A stretch of DNA of 64,000 nt from Iphione sp. A-MEVVRFRX5 (taxonomy: Eukaryota): positions 88,288,001 through 88,352,000 of the forward strand of contig OZ320320.1 in the NCBI GenBank assembly GCA_976226885.1. Reading direction: 5' to 3'. Within the stretch, counting starts at the first letter, position 1, and every line of letters begins with the position of its first letter. Of this stretch, positions 62,400 through 64,000 are shown piece by piece. Made by a program: the position numbers and the translations under genes. Below the pieces are notes generated by a model that saw only the letters and a program-made list of their open reading frames with translations, searched no databases and was not told where the DNA came from.

Positions 62400-64000
62400 T
62401 ATTGGGGAGTCTGTGAGGGAAAATATGCACATGTGGGGGTACATGTAGTGGAGCATGTGAGCATTTGCTATTAGTTTATTACCGGTCTCTGTACATCAAT
62501 ACCAAGTAATCTGTGGTAAGATGGAGTATAAGGAGTAATTGGAAAACATGCACACAAAAGGTAACAATGCACATAAATCAAAACCTAGTATTTACAAAAG
62601 GAAGTATACACACAGGTGAAGACACAGAACACAAGCAAGGTGTACAAACAGACGGTAATGTGTAGCAAGAGACAGATAGACGGGGTGATTGATGGCATCT
62701 TATTAGCAAACAACAGAGGCTTGTTCCTCGCTCCACCATGGAATACATACAATTTACTGCTGGGAATATAGAATGTCCAGAAAATGATGCTGAATGTTAC
62801 CCCGTTTGGCATGGCAACATAAACTCATTCTTGAGGCTACTGACATGGATTAGCCAAAGTAGTGTACACTCCGCTGGATGGCCACTGCCCAGGCTGGTGA
62901 ACTTCTTAACAACAACTACTAGAACTGGCCAACATGTGACCAGCCCTTCAATAACACTGTCCACAGCTAAGATACACACAGTAAGGTGGGAACGGCACGC
63001 ACCCAGCTTGCTACAGAACGCAAGATAGTCTATAACTGGTGAAACTTCTAAGGTGGTGCATGTGGTGGAGTATATGAGCATGTGGTGAAACATGTGGTGG
63101 TGCATGTGGCTGCTGGTGGAGGAGGATATTAGCACTGCATGGACTATGTGGTACAGCCTCTGTTTGACTGTGTGATGGAGCTTATGGTTGAGCATGTGGT
63201 GGAACGTCTGAGCATGTTGTAGTGCATTTAGTGGAGCATGTGGTGAAACATGTGGTGGAGTATATGGTTGAACATGTGAGCATGCAGTGATGCATGTAGT
63301 ACAGAATGTGAACATTTGGTGATCTATCTGGTGGAACATGGGAGCATGTATTTCAGCATGTAGGAGTGCATGTGATGCAGGAAGTGATGGATCATTTAAA
63401 CATGTGGTGGTGCATATGGAGCATGTGATTTGGTGTATATTACAGCATGTGAATATAAGCTGGTGCATGTGGTGGAGCATGTGATGGAACCTCTAAGCAT
63501 GTTGTGGTTTTTTGAAGGAGGATATGACCAAATAGTGGACTGTTACTGCATATGGTGGAGCCTGAGGTGGAGCAATTAGTAGAGCATGAGGTTTAATATG
63601 TGAGCATTTTTTGCTTAATATGGTAGAATATCTGTGGAGGAACATTTGGTGAAGCGTGTTTTGAAACACTTGAGCATGTGGTGGAGCATATGGTTGAGCA
63701 TGTTATTGAAATTGTGAGTATCTTGTGGTGAATGTGGTAGAACACAGACGGATGTAGTGTGGCGTTTGTGGAGCATGTGACGAAACATGTTGTGGAACAT
63801 ATGACAATATGTCATTTTATGTGTTGGAGTGTCTAGTGGGGCCTCTATACAAGTGATGCATATGGCTTAGCATTTATTGGAGTATGTAAGCATAATTATT
63901 TGGTGGAATATGTGAGCAAGTGATGGTTTATATGGTTGAGTTTGTTGGGCATCATTTGTTAGAGCATGTGTAGGAACATGTGCTGGAGCATAAACAGTGC
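62400..64000. repeat. Degenerate short-period satellite (gcatgtggtggagcatat-like)
   Basis: Recurring catgtggtg/gagcatgtg words to the end of the window. Confidence 0.8.

Noticed and set aside
62797-63480. 227-aa His-rich ORF
   Set aside because: Arises from the catgtggtg satellite; no splice or domain support.

Overview
Eukaryotic (probably marine invertebrate; inference from AT-rich spliceosomal introns and the TE repertoire) genomic window dominated by transposable elements, with three well-supported host genes. (1) A minus-strand multi-EF-hand Ca2+-binding gene (exons 7885-8089, 8585-8676, 9215-9329, 10066-10157). Its next upstream exon appears split by a left-truncated PIF/Harbinger transposon (17888-20851): removing the element joins 20852-20880 to 17861-17887 into a clean in-frame exon. 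(2) An intronless GT32-type glycosyltransferase (36898-37935, minus). (3) An intronless 795-aa protein (56905-59292, plus) with a SWAP-70/DEF6 N-terminus and PH domain but, instead of the usual coiled-coil tail, EF-hands and a cupin-like C-terminal domain. The Harbinger's two genes are on opposite strands and mutually interleaved exon-in-intron, and its second catalytic Asp is Asn. Also present: many decayed CR1/L2-group LINEs, a Penelope RT remnant, a tyrosine-recombinase (DIRS-order) retroelement interrupted by a young internally deleted Mag-like LTR element that itself holds a LINE fragment, a candidate minimal hammerhead ribozyme at that insertion site, TA- and TTAA-targeting MITEs, a tRNA-derived SINE, several minisatellites and two assembly gaps. 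All family and domain calls come from motif recognition by eye; no searches were run.
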